Shown here one piece after another: positions 31,501-36,756 of a stretch of 64,000 bases of DNA. This DNA comes from a virus. Taxonomy: Duplodnaviria; Caudoviricetes. The stretch's first letter is position 1. Each line of letters opens with the position of its first letter. Under the pieces are notes generated by a model that made no database searches, had not been told where the DNA came from, and was given only the letters and a program-made list of their open reading frames with translations. The DNA lies in IMG/VR virus record IMGVR_UViG_3300009164_004014, positions 824 through 64,823 of that record; one strand, written 5' to 3'. Position numbers and translations under genes: made by a program.

Positions 31501-33364
31501 TTTTCAAGCACCAGTCTTTGCAATCAATTCTGCATTAATAGTTACCTATCAATATGAAATAGTTTCTTTGGGTAACACTACACAATTGCAATGGAACGAT
31601 GCTGCCGGAACTTCGGGAGTTGATTATGCAGTTGGAGATAGATTTACGGCAGCGACAACTGGTGTGGGTACCGGTACAGTGTTCCTTTCTGACTTGGGTG
31701 GAATTAGCACACTTGGTCAAATATATTATGTAAGAGAAATTAATATTGATGGTATACATTTTAGTATCGAAAATCAAGAAGGTGATATAATTAATCTTTC
31801 TAATTCTTCTAGTACAGTCATAGCATTTATGGGCGGTTTAACTGCGGTAAGAATTGTTACTGGAATTGATAATAATTTCACACAGAACCAAATAGTAAGA
31901 CTTGATGGATTGGGCGGATCAGTTCAATTAAACAATAATACATATTATGCTAGAATAATTAGTAACACTGAATTTGATTTATATAATCAACCGTATGTCC
32001 CATATTATGGCGCTGCAAATAGTCCAGTAACTAATATATCTGCATATACTTCAGGTGGGTATGCATGGTTAGATCAATTATTTACTATTGTTGACACTAC
32101 AACTATTAGTACTAAATCATCAACTAATAGAATTGTAGTTGATGATGCAACTATGATGGTATCAGGAACACCGGTATATTTCACACAAGCTGCTGCGGTA
32201 ACAGATCAAAATATTTTAAGTAATATAAAAGCAAACCATGAATATTATGTATTAGATGCAACACCAATTACTATTGCTGGAAATTTTGTTGTAGGCTTAC
32301 AATATCAAATCTTAGATTTGGGTACTACTACAAACACTCAGTGGAATACTATTGCAGGAACATCGGGTGTTACCTATCAAGTAGATGATATCTTCACCGC
32401 TGCAACAGTGGGTACAGGAACAGGAAGTGCTTCCGGTTTGCAAGAATTTACTATTACCGACGATAGATATCCAAATGAAGCTGAAGTTGTATTAACAAAT
32501 GCTACAGGTGTAGTAAATGTTACTCAGTTCCAGCAAGTTAACGTAGACAGATTATGGGTAACCGTTAACGGATTAAGAGTTCCATCTTCATCATTAAAAT
32601 TAAATGCATATAACAACTTGAGTATTTTGACAACTATTCAAACAGGTGATGTAGTAATCATATCTAGTATGATGCCAACAGCAACTCCTAACGAAGAAAC
32701 TTACTTATTAAATGTAAATACAACCAATCAAGCAGTGGTATATAGAGCAAACACACAAACTAGAACTTGGTTAACAAGTCCTTTATCATATACCAATGAT
32801 ACAATCTATTTGAATGATATCTCAAGAATTACTGATAGTATTGTTCAAAATAACACTTGCCCTGCAATTGATTTAGATACAGGGACATATTTAATAGGAT
32901 TAATTTCTAATAAAAACACATTATGTCATCTTACAGTTTATAATGATACTACAGGAAATTTAATAGACCCTAGTCATTGGAAAATAGTTATCATTGATAC
33001 TGCCCCAACATTACAAATTACTAATCCTAATGTTCCAGTAGTAACAACGGGAGATTTATTAACAATTACATCTATTGAAGGCAGGGTTTTATATGTCAAT
33101 GGTGAACAAATTGGATTTAGTGAATGTGATTTGATTGCAAATACAGTAACTCAATTATTTAGAGGAGCGAACGGCACAGGTGTTCAAAATTATATCCCTA
33201 AATATTCAGAAGTGTTTGGATTAACTCCTAATAATAAAATGACAAGTGTGTTGTATTCTGAATTATGGAATCCAATCCCAGGAATTTATAACACAGTTGA
33301 AGGGGATCCTTTACAAATAGCTGATACGCAGGGAGCAAACTTCTTGCGAGGGGACATAAACTAA
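13511..33364 (+). CDS. Giant (6617 aa) gp7-like baseplate wedge / adsorption protein with many inserted beta-rich modules
   Basis: Single uninterrupted ORF after gp6. N-terminal LDFLPEIFKT..FLQATLDQL and internal YINEVKPYHV resemble wedge-protein motifs. Contains FG-GAP-like and BNR-like propellers and many repeated modules; Thr/Ser/Asn-rich. Confidence 0.7.
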   Translation: MATRIRTLDFLPEIFKTPTNSQFLQATLDQLTAQPNTKKIEGYIGSTFGYGINANDYYVTEPTKVRTDYQLDPGVVFLKEDTSTANDFISYPGIVDSLTIQGGVTNNNNRLFNSEFYSWDSFTNLDKIINFNQYYWLPVGPERVVVTSDIVYNSSDYVVISTPTEYLISSETLTTPTANPSLTLLRGGTYTFTVNQDTEFWIQGQPSVTGYSPTQPNVQTRNVYGVTNNGASIGTITFTVPEKNALDEYNFPTGPGVDVISSIPFDELNGAFVNDIGGVDGITALDGLTVLFYNTGILDEIGYVEKFYDQTLYDQETSGSVSPGGGVPYDNTTDYPGTSIFNYNYEGGYYTTVNANFYTITLLGDQDNPQIQLTPAGTVPTNLTITPNFGDSYANLKFYRNTAGYISLVPYNSAILDTLYYQDGTNPNKVGAIRLINSNITNTINVVTQILGKSSYTSPNGVVFTNGLKVLFQGDIYPESYNNVEYYVEGVGDSIELIPVTTLVTPGLFSEGTYIPFDTTPYDVGNYDISLNIPITPDYITIARNAINKNAWSRSNRWFHIDVIRATAEYNNTPALITQLATLNSKAKRPIIEFYPNLRLFDSGVYGKSPIDFMDTRTTDAFSYVAGQPNYYPDTAGYTNSVATIAPVTGSLTKTATVTVALLNQVTLSNTTGIHVNDTITFTGSAFGGISTDPTNKNNVYYILDILGNNVIISKTKQGTPVVLTTASGSMTAAVYPYSTSITVPSTDVFGLFSVGQYITDSTNLLPSITFVTDVSVVSSNTIITVSWDNQSIVYGTSVASVVTADTPLDNYALFDGSRIVFAADTNLEVRNKIYISHFSTISGSTTPVITLTEAADGTVLLDEQTAVYRGYNNKGSDFYFDGLNWYKGQQKTNVNQPPLFDIFDSNGISFGNKEYYIGTSFVGSKLFSYGIGSGSNDSILGFPLRYSSVDNVGDISFDVTLNSQTFNYVTGTKPITQNVNTGYVYNYTAYTDTSLSVVKQLGWQTAVSPSVQYQIFEFDYNPLVTVNNTFACDIAAITNTNWPPIQVYINNNYVSKQKGASQIIGNVVSVGIDPQTILNSLFPDAITGDAVLDNLSGSLWVKGGLLWTSVGQMKGWIITNASTDTTTEVYVPNLGAVETVVQILILSNQVSKTAYYQTPINLNNNPLNQSITTANIGDIRGQYQSIFYNNPNTTGEVFGSNNYRDLGNLVPWGNRIIQNSASLVLPGVFLRKPSHNLFDALMFNSYQYINFKALLINTVNDTAYSTINTPAEMLDGALDIMNASKTESESFFWSDMLPSKSPYITNTYSFANSLDISIYPLSKIYNFATANYNGILVYLIRNGEQTQLVKGVDYTISTDSPSLTITVDLLANDTITINEYNQTYGNFVPNTPTKLGLYPATIPNVTLDTAYSNPTYFIVGHDGSFNKLYGSYDSTTGSLTDFRDQVLLEYETRVYNNLKLSETVPAGSYQGVVIPGFFRQTDYSYDEFLQIYSETFLNWIGKNRIDYKTQLYNVANQYTYNYRQSGNRINQQPLDQGYFRGLYLYFYDTSTPDQTPWEMLGLANKPAWWETRYGPAPYTSDNLILWDDLAEGLVWNNGNSFIKPSYARPNLLEVIPVDSYGNLVSPFVSIVGNYDDNLFKRDWIVGDVGPAEFSYRRSSTWPFDLMRILAVTKPTDFFNLGVDVDNYKYNIEFNQYLVNNRSHLALSNIPIYGNGTAATSYINWIVDYEKQVGIDATTNITTLLNNVDVRLVYRLAGFSDQALLKFFVEKSSANSNNSSLLIPDESYDVLLYENQPFDKIVYSGVVIQISEYGFKVFGNSQTNAYFKVSVPANDGKVERITVEGDSVSLPITFTNNVQLIPYGFEFYNIQEVAIFLTSYGNYLKTQGMKFDEVENGIPVTWTQMVGEFLYWAQTGWEIGSITTTNPCANLLAIDKDSYIVQPLTLRQLNFVLNQNLYPIQSNDLAVVRDNTLFTAAPLNVGDSISYGQFNISNIEHGIVFNNVTLFNDVIYNLITGLRQNRIYVRGTKTADWNGTVDAYGFILNQDNIKAWDKNIKYTTGSVIKYKNKYWIAITIVQPKEIFDEREWKQTSYNEIQKGLLPNSQTRSYESTLYYDTNNANLEKDGDLLSFSLIGYRPRDYMTSADLTDVTQVNVYQNLIKEKGTKNAASAFRGATLAQGGINYDLYENWAIKSGEFGGVLNSNFVEIPLQESVLTGNPSIVGLTNGVYTDGVQQEVPLYSITNYGRPINSPNILPTIALDTPSTLLPTAGYVNFNDVKMASYFYSGLANAVNASGTVIPINQFYVRDYVWLANYLSTWQVFTPASLGSIVNAKNNLNNTVTITFSQAHNLVKYQVFAIVNFNASIDNYYSIAAVVDPFNVIINLSLDPGIRNITGLGVGFRMQTQRVATAPEIINLPLLDNEFNKLKVWVDTNNDGSWAVYRKSINYQYNKEITNSQTSQSFGSAVAYTSTLGYLIADSGVGSVYRYRYYSEINSYSIIQTITKGSSFGSNITYTDDIFIISEPTGAKNVYVYQLITTALVNDLELIQTIPYTDGTGVTNWGSSTSLSGDKNWLYISDINNNSVYVYRKSVVTSLYEKVNVLDGDILGLTSAGDNFGYSISTDYYGDTVVIGTPKQDYSTLANYGYSYVFSRLVQNFTATNTSQLYSPSIFNLAWTISPALLSTTANTISSNYITLGSVAGLSSGATGTPVVFTGSPYGGLAANTVYYVKSIVGSTISVSLTRNGTALTLTNGTGTMTAVGQTYPLFVTVNGTALADNYYSIIGSTLNVYSSQVPTLNAGDILNVSGMNFVLVQTLDTEQTPKTGVQFGTSVDTNKFASEILIGAPFELDSQNHEGAVYRYTNGGESYGVIIGTSVCSITTPRTIMLNGYAIVLPAGNASAAVQVINQTRVTNITASEFNGKLLIQLIDNALGTPNNKLSLTAVESATFAEMGIDIYAQTQTINCPHLTGTTQFGTKIKFDKSDSGSFIASAPTGIRFSATTFDFTDDELDNDTVFDNNATQWIDTFNNAGAVYMFDYLAAYNENLSNLGKFVYAQSTNALNIDYGSQPLYGTALDFNENTVTVGAQNFNPTTDNIDLFGQVVTYTSSSATPDWTVYRYSSPIVDVNGIGPIQLYSASTNETLINLDYFDPMQGKLLGAVQENIDVISNADPARYNSANNQGGLVWGADKVGQIWLDTSSIRFMNYHQNDDVLYNSRFWGRVFPGSNIAVYTWISSNVPPAQYIGPGTPLLIDTYSIQGTVNAEGLVVPIYFFWVRNTNIVFETIGKTLADSTLELYIAQPQGTGISYLSPFLPNVFGLYNCSNYVNAFDTRLHLGYATSNTNDDPMHNQYSLIRSNYADDFLPGLPRNSQSYSANTSYIDAPTSLYNKLLDSMCGVDISGAVVPNPLLPKLVQTGVMSRPRQGFFYDRFGALKNYLQYANTILAQFPITESRSAAFLSTSGVFFNTKDYWNYINWWETGYNDNTKATLQVPIYADLATLNVATGTIVSVLSNSTGNTETYIYNGDTTWTRIGLANGTIEFSSYLWDYSAAKLGFGDNFYDTNVYDEYPSEETRYIVRALNEEIYTNELLIFRNNSLILLFDYIQSETAENQNYLPWLNKTSLVDVSHTIRELLPLEVFRSDNQIFLEGYINEVKPYHVVIKDFLFKYTKTDVFEGDITDFDLPSEWNSTYQQFISPQLVYSNPGDINQYLPSDPIWQTAQYNQWFNNYGLSVGYRTNNTITGEQDYPITLLTSYVSLNSSNLFVENVSGFPVTGTILIGTELIGYAGVNLLTNQLIGLSRGRNNTITQIHLPSEQIYIDLPAVIVLNSGRNYAEPPRVTAYIDTNLYPAPRVPAQLAPIMALDKVIGVEVINPGEGYAVLPTINIDPAFTITVNSTAVDIINDAIEVTSAIIQTGDIAIYQPAAGSTKIGGLYAGQRYYIRVLETTPSKLIAFYESYINLNNDHDRVLLTSTGSGNQYFSIGAIASCITSSIPIRENTIKLRFDRTSYTSQVYDWVPGSFYGSFYAGSFNDSARIASSSILLPNTQEDASEPVKSILASNHGVVFEILDVENLQTSSWSSRTRDTVQTYGPATSYPNAIRINPSEGGSSVDLLLGSTIGFYVGMPVKFEGEIQSGSPITNYTTYYIKSLVKLPNITVGSPYYGQLENTGFTISTSVDGAGVPGSVLTLTTATVPAAGLTLYVGEVTNNALLTINYDGIRTATATTAGINAITVPLTPTGLGGTINFYSGLTVFFTGDVFGQVIENEQYYVTTVIDLEHFTMSATNTPTILDITATSSVGSKVTCNSTLDLYVNEPIIFTGTTFGNIVAGTTYYIRELFSGNATFSISQSINGPLFVLTTATGSCTCTSQADTVVLSTVSDKSMTLNVGIPVSPGQINGQELTFYGSGGPYVGVSGTVSNLLTREITSTLTSVNRICLSAASGGITNIYNNMNFNVASNIGGLTTSSGPYTVVTNGVTSITVTNTSGTGNWLTLPVASNPNTTAILYVGMPIYFSGVSLGGVSLNTVYYVYSIDGSPPANTGRFKIADAIDSVSPVTVSNDNGVMTGTGETYITVSNSLSTQIGPVALTQAVGTTPTFNVSYTLGGYSTVPVITGSGYAVNNIITILGTDIGGTTTTNDLSYQVLTINSTGGVLTGIVTGTPAGNEQKYYAKVYSENQIELYSNPTLTSAVTGQNFPYVGITLTTATQSVASTDRITVGSSASFNINDPVVFTGTVFGNIVLGSTYYINGKPTSTTVTVTETIGGSTFQLADATGSMTMAKTGDYTFLPEPFFFSSSIVKFNNQVYQCIISNNDQDFIVGKWELLTSGNSKLNALDRVIGYYQPTVNMPGVDLTQLVTGITYPNSTYLGNAFAPADEYPLDTILIDQPFYQTGINLKTIIWNGTVYLAGADLSTYSSVNISADAMTWDIAKLANQPISVTDFIFAGGRYVITSNNSATPILVSDNGYNWITNGLYTPYSSVGWDDTTFDISSILAPSLSLNSVAYYNGIYVAVGNNIISSTDLYTWTERYSFPSTLPNNVFNGVAYVSTAGFTGFIAVGLGQTVGNNNALLNVSIIFTSTDGYSWTQIPFGSSTFAFNAITSNGQTIVAVGNNGIIYTSFNATTWFAQSSGTVQNLNSIIWNNVSGLFVVVGDNGTILTAGSDGGTWTPRTSGVSYSLQSIVWNNANTEYVVVGYNNTVLRSSNVSTWTASSTFVSAPSVYSVQGSEFTDGYGPEEMIPGVVTDTITMITNTRPGTNWDETIYQHVGYNVVSLEISPTSGTQKTYSFADAVTTPAQLGIFVISYITGLSTSLYEGIDYTINWITKTVTLENSITFVPNGISDKLRIDVYEVGNGDQLVKANTETDPIRYNTNTTFSEIYLNANFTAEIYQGSGLVRPSTQPIVVNAIETNSVSNAITCTEVNDFVLNSPVRFSGAVFGNIVEDQIYYVKSISSVSSRITISETYNTTTGTAGSTFELASATGSMGVIIQTSTAQVWTEPSIFHNGTALILGTSENVLKTKSITNTITTVTTSGLIPNTPIVFSSTIFGGITPKTTYYIKTIYDANEFTISTTPGGTVFPLTDATGGAIFITNDYAIGMASNGINASIMFPVNYDATVDYITYTLMGQTIPIQYGYTLPQTQFFTGNGSASSFNLTNYMGGTNPNNAIVEVNGIRQNKSAYTINSSTNTLLFNNTPPANGDLICVTSYNLTDRQYLNSQYNVTGINSIASITVSNTTATGIPFDYGILAGSFVVGQRYTIQSLNDNAYPTPGANTDFTAIGASSNTVGVTFTATGAGTGTGSAIIAGDGFDATVQSAGSFILGQSYTIVTLGTTTNTQWNTIAGTSAITYSVGSTFTCANIGTGLGTGTAYTVGLYSQSLNYLTLASGSTSSLVLNSAIVFENVIGGIIAGQTYYITQILNSTDFVISTQVGGVPYEVTTASGAMTSVVKGLTVSPIVGVDSNISNQLRIGVSGTVGATDYVICDSTAGMVEGQDIVFQAPVFAINSALIVTYQYEIVSLGNTTQLQWNDAAGTSGVDYAVGDRFTAATTGVGTGTVFLSDLGGISTLGQIYYVREINIDGIHFSIENQEGDIINLSNSSSTVIAFMGGLTAVRIVTGIDNNFTQNQIVRLDGLGGSVQLNNNTYYARIISNTEFDLYNQPYVPYYGAANSPVTNISAYTSGGYAWLDQLFTIVDTTTISTKSSTNRIVVDDATMMVSGTPVYFTQAAAVTDQNILSNIKANHEYYVLDATPITIAGNFVVGLQYQILDLGTTTNTQWNTIAGTSGVTYQVDDIFTAATVGTGTGSASGLQEFTITDDRYPNEAEVVLTNATGVVNVTQFQQVNVDRLWVTVNGLRVPSSSLKLNAYNNLSILTTIQTGDVVIISSMMPTATPNEETYLLNVNTTNQAVVYRANTQTRTWLTSPLSYTNDTIYLNDISRITDSIVQNNTCPAIDLDTGTYLIGLISNKNTLCHLTVYNDTTGNLIDPSHWKIVIIDTAPTLQITNPNVPVVTTGDLLTITSIEGRVLYVNGEQIGFSECDLIANTVTQLFRGANGTGVQNYIPKYSEVFGLTPNNKMTSVLYSELWNPIPGIYNTVEGDPLQIADTQGANFLRGDIN

Positions 33365-33368
33365 AAGA

Positions 33369-33374
33369 TAAATA
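33369..33374 (+). promoter_or_regulatory. Late promoter TAAATA, 4 nt before ATG of a small ORF
   Basis: TAAATA-atat-ATG(33379). Confidence 0.6.
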
Positions 33375-33378
33375 ATAT

Positions 33379-33531
33379 ATGAACAATAATACGGAAGAAA
33401 CTAAACAATTACCACCGCAGGTACAGGAGAAAAAACCCAATGAAAACGGGGGTTTTTACTTTTCTTCCAGTATAAAAATAACGGACCCAGACTCAAAAGA
33501 AATACTAGTCCAGATGCGAGGCGATAATTAA
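33379..33531 (+). CDS. 50-aa small protein (below ORF-track cutoff)
   Basis: MNNNTEETKQLPPQVQEKKPNENGGFYFSSSIKITDPDSKEILVQMRGDN*. Fills the gap exactly, and its stop abuts the next ATG at 33532. Confidence 0.75.
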   Translation: MNNNTEETKQLPPQVQEKKPNENGGFYFSSSIKITDPDSKEILVQMRGDN

Positions 33532-34152
33532 ATGTCAGTAATAACACTATCATATAAAGTAGATGGATTTATCAAAATCTATGACCCTAACAACGGGAAG
33601 GTATTTGTAGACAAGAAAAATGCTATAAATTATGAAACTATGTCAGAGGCTATTGCTGATACGTTAAGCAGTCGCGGTTACGGGGAAATTTATGAAATGG
33701 CTTTTGGGAACGGCGGCGCAAGTGTTTCTGACACCGGAGTTATTACTTACTTGCCCCCAAACGTAACTGGACAGAACGCAGCACTATACAACCAAACTTA
33801 CGCTAAAATCGTAGATGATACCAGCGTTTTTAACTTAGACCCTACACGCAATAAAATGACGGTTACCCATACTACGGGTAAATATTATACTGATATACTA
33901 GTACAATGTTTACTAGATTACGGCGAACCGTCAGGGCAGGCAGCGTTTGATAATAGTACGCAAACTGATGGGGCGTATGTTTTTGATGAATTGGGATTAC
34001 TTGCAAATTATGGTACAGATAGTTCCGGACAAGTGATTACCAGATTACTAACTCATGTAATCTTTCATCCGGTTCAAAAGAGTTTAAATAGACAGATTCA
34101 GATTGATTACACCGTTAGAATTCAGAGTTTGACTAATTTAGTAACAATATAA
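33532..34152 (+). CDS. Baseplate/tail-associated structural protein
   Basis: 206 aa; MAFGNGG and FDELGLL..LLTHVIFHPVQKSLNRQIQIDYTVRI. Lies between the wedge and fibre genes. Confidence 0.55.
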   Translation: MSVITLSYKVDGFIKIYDPNNGKVFVDKKNAINYETMSEAIADTLSSRGYGEIYEMAFGNGGASVSDTGVITYLPPNVTGQNAALYNQTYAKIVDDTSVFNLDPTRNKMTVTHTTGKYYTDILVQCLLDYGEPSGQAAFDNSTQTDGAYVFDELGLLANYGTDSSGQVITRLLTHVIFHPVQKSLNRQIQIDYTVRIQSLTNLVTI

Positions 34153-34154
34153 GA

Positions 34155-34160
34155 TAAATA
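34155..34160 (+). promoter_or_regulatory. Late promoter TAAATA
   Basis: Intergenic, followed by GGAG SD and ATG 34184. Confidence 0.55.
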
Positions 34161-34183
34161 ACAGATATCGGAGAGATTTTAAA

Positions 34184-35431
34184 ATGGCATATACAATTGT
34201 AAAAACAAATGGTTCAGTATTAACAACCATTGCTGATGGTACTATTAATACCAGCAGTACATCATTAGCATTACCGGGTAGAAACTTTGCTGGTTACGGA
34301 CAATACGTAGACACAAACTTTGTACATCAATTAGAAAATTTTGCTAATACAAGTCCCCCGGCTAATCCATTACAGGGACAACTATGGTATAATACAAATG
34401 CTAATACATTGTATGTTTGCCCGGCAGACGGAACCAGTAACGCAAATGCTTGGTTAGCATTAACTTCAACTTCTAGTGGTGGTACAACAACTTTTGGCGC
34501 AATAACAGTCACTGGAAACATTGCTTCTAACAACTTGACCGTTACTAATGGTATAACTGCTGATACTATTACTGTACGTTTGGCAACCGTAACTTCAACT
34601 GCAAATATAGCAACAGGTAATATTACTACAGCTAATTTAGGAACAACAAACACTCAATTAATTTCTGCTGGTAGCAACACAACAGCCGGCACACTTACCG
34701 GTACTTGGACTGTAAATGGTGGCGGAACTGCAAACTCACTAGCCGGTACATCAATGTGGATTCAAAATGGTAATCTATTAATTTCAGGTGGATCCAATGT
34801 TGGTATTCTTACAGATAATTATCGTTATGCTAATGGAAATGTAGTTAGTTTTGCAGGTACATATAATAACGCCAATGTATCAGAATACTTGTCAAATGCA
34901 AGTGTATCTGGCGGACGTTTTGCTGGTGCAATTTTTCCGTCTAGTATCACTACTGCAAACGTAACAACTGGAGCAAATTCTACCGCTGGTCAACTCACTG
35001 GTAATTGGTCATTAACTACTGGATCAAGACTTAATGCAACATATGCTGACTTGGCAGAACGTTTTGCAGCAGATGCGTATTATGATGCAGGTACTGTAGT
35101 TGAATTGGGCGGGGACAAAGAAATTACTAGTGTTAAGTACGAACTAAGCGAAGATATATTTGGTGTTATTTCAGATACTGCTGCTTATTTAATGAATTCG
35201 GGTGCAGGTGATAATACAACTCATCCGCCGGTAGCTATGACAGGTCGTGTACAAGTAAAAGTCACTGGTATAGTAAAGAAGGGTGATCGTCTAGTTAGTG
35301 CAGGAAATGGAATAGCCCGTGCAGCACAATCAGGCGAAGCAACAGCGTTTAATGTTATTGGAAGAGCATTGGAAAACAAAACAACAAATAGTATTGGAAC
35401 AGTTTTAGCAATTGTTACTGTTTCTAAATAA
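34184..35431 (+). CDS. Tail fibre/spike protein with C-terminal Peptidase_G2-like intramolecular chaperone domain
   Basis: N-terminal attachment-type domain (GRNFAGYG..NFVHQLENFA..P..GQLWY), a T/N/G-rich shaft, and C-terminal YADLAE...GVIS...VAMTGRVQVKV..KKGDRLVS. Confidence 0.7.
   Translation: MAYTIVKTNGSVLTTIADGTINTSSTSLALPGRNFAGYGQYVDTNFVHQLENFANTSPPANPLQGQLWYNTNANTLYVCPADGTSNANAWLALTSTSSGGTTTFGAITVTGNIASNNLTVTNGITADTITVRLATVTSTANIATGNITTANLGTTNTQLISAGSNTTAGTLTGTWTVNGGGTANSLAGTSMWIQNGNLLISGGSNVGILTDNYRYANGNVVSFAGTYNNANVSEYLSNASVSGGRFAGAIFPSSITTANVTTGANSTAGQLTGNWSLTTGSRLNATYADLAERFAADAYYDAGTVVELGGDKEITSVKYELSEDIFGVISDTAAYLMNSGAGDNTTHPPVAMTGRVQVKVTGIVKKGDRLVSAGNGIARAAQSGEATAFNVIGRALENKTTNSIGTVLAIVTVSK
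35425..35430 (+). promoter_or_regulatory. Late promoter TAAATA overlapping the upstream stop
   Basis: TAAATA-AGGA..ATG 35443. Confidence 0.4.
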
Positions 35432-35442
35432 GGATTTAACAA

Positions 35443-36402
35443 ATGTCATACGCACAATACGGAACAATAGCAGCATCAGACTATAATGGATTAGTGGGCG
35501 CAGCTAATTCAACTACCAGTGGAACATTAAATGCAGTTTGGGCAACAGGTGGGACTAGTGCTGGATATGGTCAAACTGCTGAAGCAAACGTAGCAGTGGG
35601 TGACACGGTTACTGCTACCAAATGGGCTAATCTTGTAAACAAAACTAGTAACTCAGCATCACATCAAGGAACTTCAATTACTGCGGTAACCGCACCTGCA
35701 ACAGGTGGAACAGTCACTTATTTGTCTGCAATTCCAACAAATTTAACCTCAATATATACTGGTAGATTAAATTCCGCTACATTAGGTTCAACTGCTGCTA
35801 ATTCTGCTAATCGCGGAACATCATGGTCAAACAATCTAGTAGCAACACTTACAGCTACTTTTGCTAATGGTAATGCTGCACGTTACTTCTTTAACTCAGG
35901 TGGGCAACTTAAATTAACATTCAGTCACCCAACCGGATCAACTATTGATAACTCATTGAATGCACTTGCAACCGCATGCGGAACTGTTGTTATCTCTGCC
36001 CCTTCAAGTGGCACAATTACAGTAGCTTCAGTTTCATTTAATGGGGTCACTAAAATAGGCGGAAGCGGGACAGTAAATGCAATATCAAATAACTCAGGGT
36101 ATTTTGGTTTGACTCCGGCTAATGCCAATGTTCAGATATTTAAACAATTAGTAGCATCTGCTCCATCAGGGTACACTAATACTAATATTAATATCAATGC
36201 AAAAACAAACGGCACTCAAGGTTCAAATGGTGACAACGGTAGTGTAATTACTATATATTGTCAATGGGCAGAATTAAATTCTACAGGATTAACCGCTTCA
36301 GCTGGGTCAAATTCAATATTAACTGTCGCTTACCCAGAAACAACATATCTTTCTAACTCTTGGGGAACAGTTACCACTTCTGCATCAGTATCAGGTACAT
36401 AA
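35443..36402 (+). CDS. Putative virion structural protein (Ser/Thr/Ala/Asn-rich)
   Basis: 319 aa, very few charged residues, in the fibre cluster; AAGGA SD. Confidence 0.6.
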   Translation: MSYAQYGTIAASDYNGLVGAANSTTSGTLNAVWATGGTSAGYGQTAEANVAVGDTVTATKWANLVNKTSNSASHQGTSITAVTAPATGGTVTYLSAIPTNLTSIYTGRLNSATLGSTAANSANRGTSWSNNLVATLTATFANGNAARYFFNSGGQLKLTFSHPTGSTIDNSLNALATACGTVVISAPSSGTITVASVSFNGVTKIGGSGTVNAISNNSGYFGLTPANANVQIFKQLVASAPSGYTNTNININAKTNGTQGSNGDNGSVITIYCQWAELNSTGLTASAGSNSILTVAYPETTYLSNSWGTVTTSASVSGT

Positions 36403-36428
36403 TTTTTTATGGGTGTGTGATACCTATC

Positions 36429-36434
36429 TAAATA
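36429..36434 (+). promoter_or_regulatory. Late promoter TAAATA heading the glycosyltransferase / radical SAM operon
   Basis: Intergenic, followed by AGGAG SD and ATG 36451. Downstream genes overlap or abut through 48177. Confidence 0.6.
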
Positions 36435-36450
36435 CTTTTAGGAGTACCAG

Positions 36451-36756
36451 ATGGATATCAAAAACTTACTTATAGAATCTAAGGCTAGATTTAATCACAA
36501 TTCAGCTAAAGCATATCTTGCAGAAAAATATAAATCAAAATTGATTGTAGCTGAACAAGGTGGGTTATGGAAAGCCAACCATGATACCATTGCATTCCTC
36601 AATAGCCTTTCATCTGACCAAATAGTTATTATTGACACATTTGATACACCAGTCAAAGTAAATCGTCAAGAACTATTAGAAAAACTTCAACAAGTATACG
36701 AAACTACTATGGAACAATGGTACGTTGAGTGGAAAGAACTTGAGAACAAGAGATGA
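36451..36756 (+). CDS. Hypothetical protein
   Basis: 101 aa with strong SD; ATGA overlap with the next gene. Confidence 0.75.
   Translation: MDIKNLLIESKARFNHNSAKAYLAEKYKSKLIVAEQGGLWKANHDTIAFLNSLSSDQIVIIDTFDTPVKVNRQELLEKLQQVYETTMEQWYVEWKELENKR

Noticed and set aside
30959-32440. Diversity-generating retroelement TR/VR pair suggested by near-identical segments at 31001 and 32318
   Set aside because: Both copies are in-frame coding modules, mismatches are synonymous and not adenine-specific, and no reverse transcriptase is in the window.
13511-33364. Tape-measure protein or intein-containing polyprotein, suggested by its size
   Set aside because: The composition is beta-rich rather than helical, it sits after gp6, and no intein splice or LAGLIDADG motifs were recognised.
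36403-36427. Hairpin ATGGGTG..TACCTAT after the last structural gene as an intrinsic terminator
   Set aside because: The stem is weak and G-U rich, and the T-run precedes rather than follows it.
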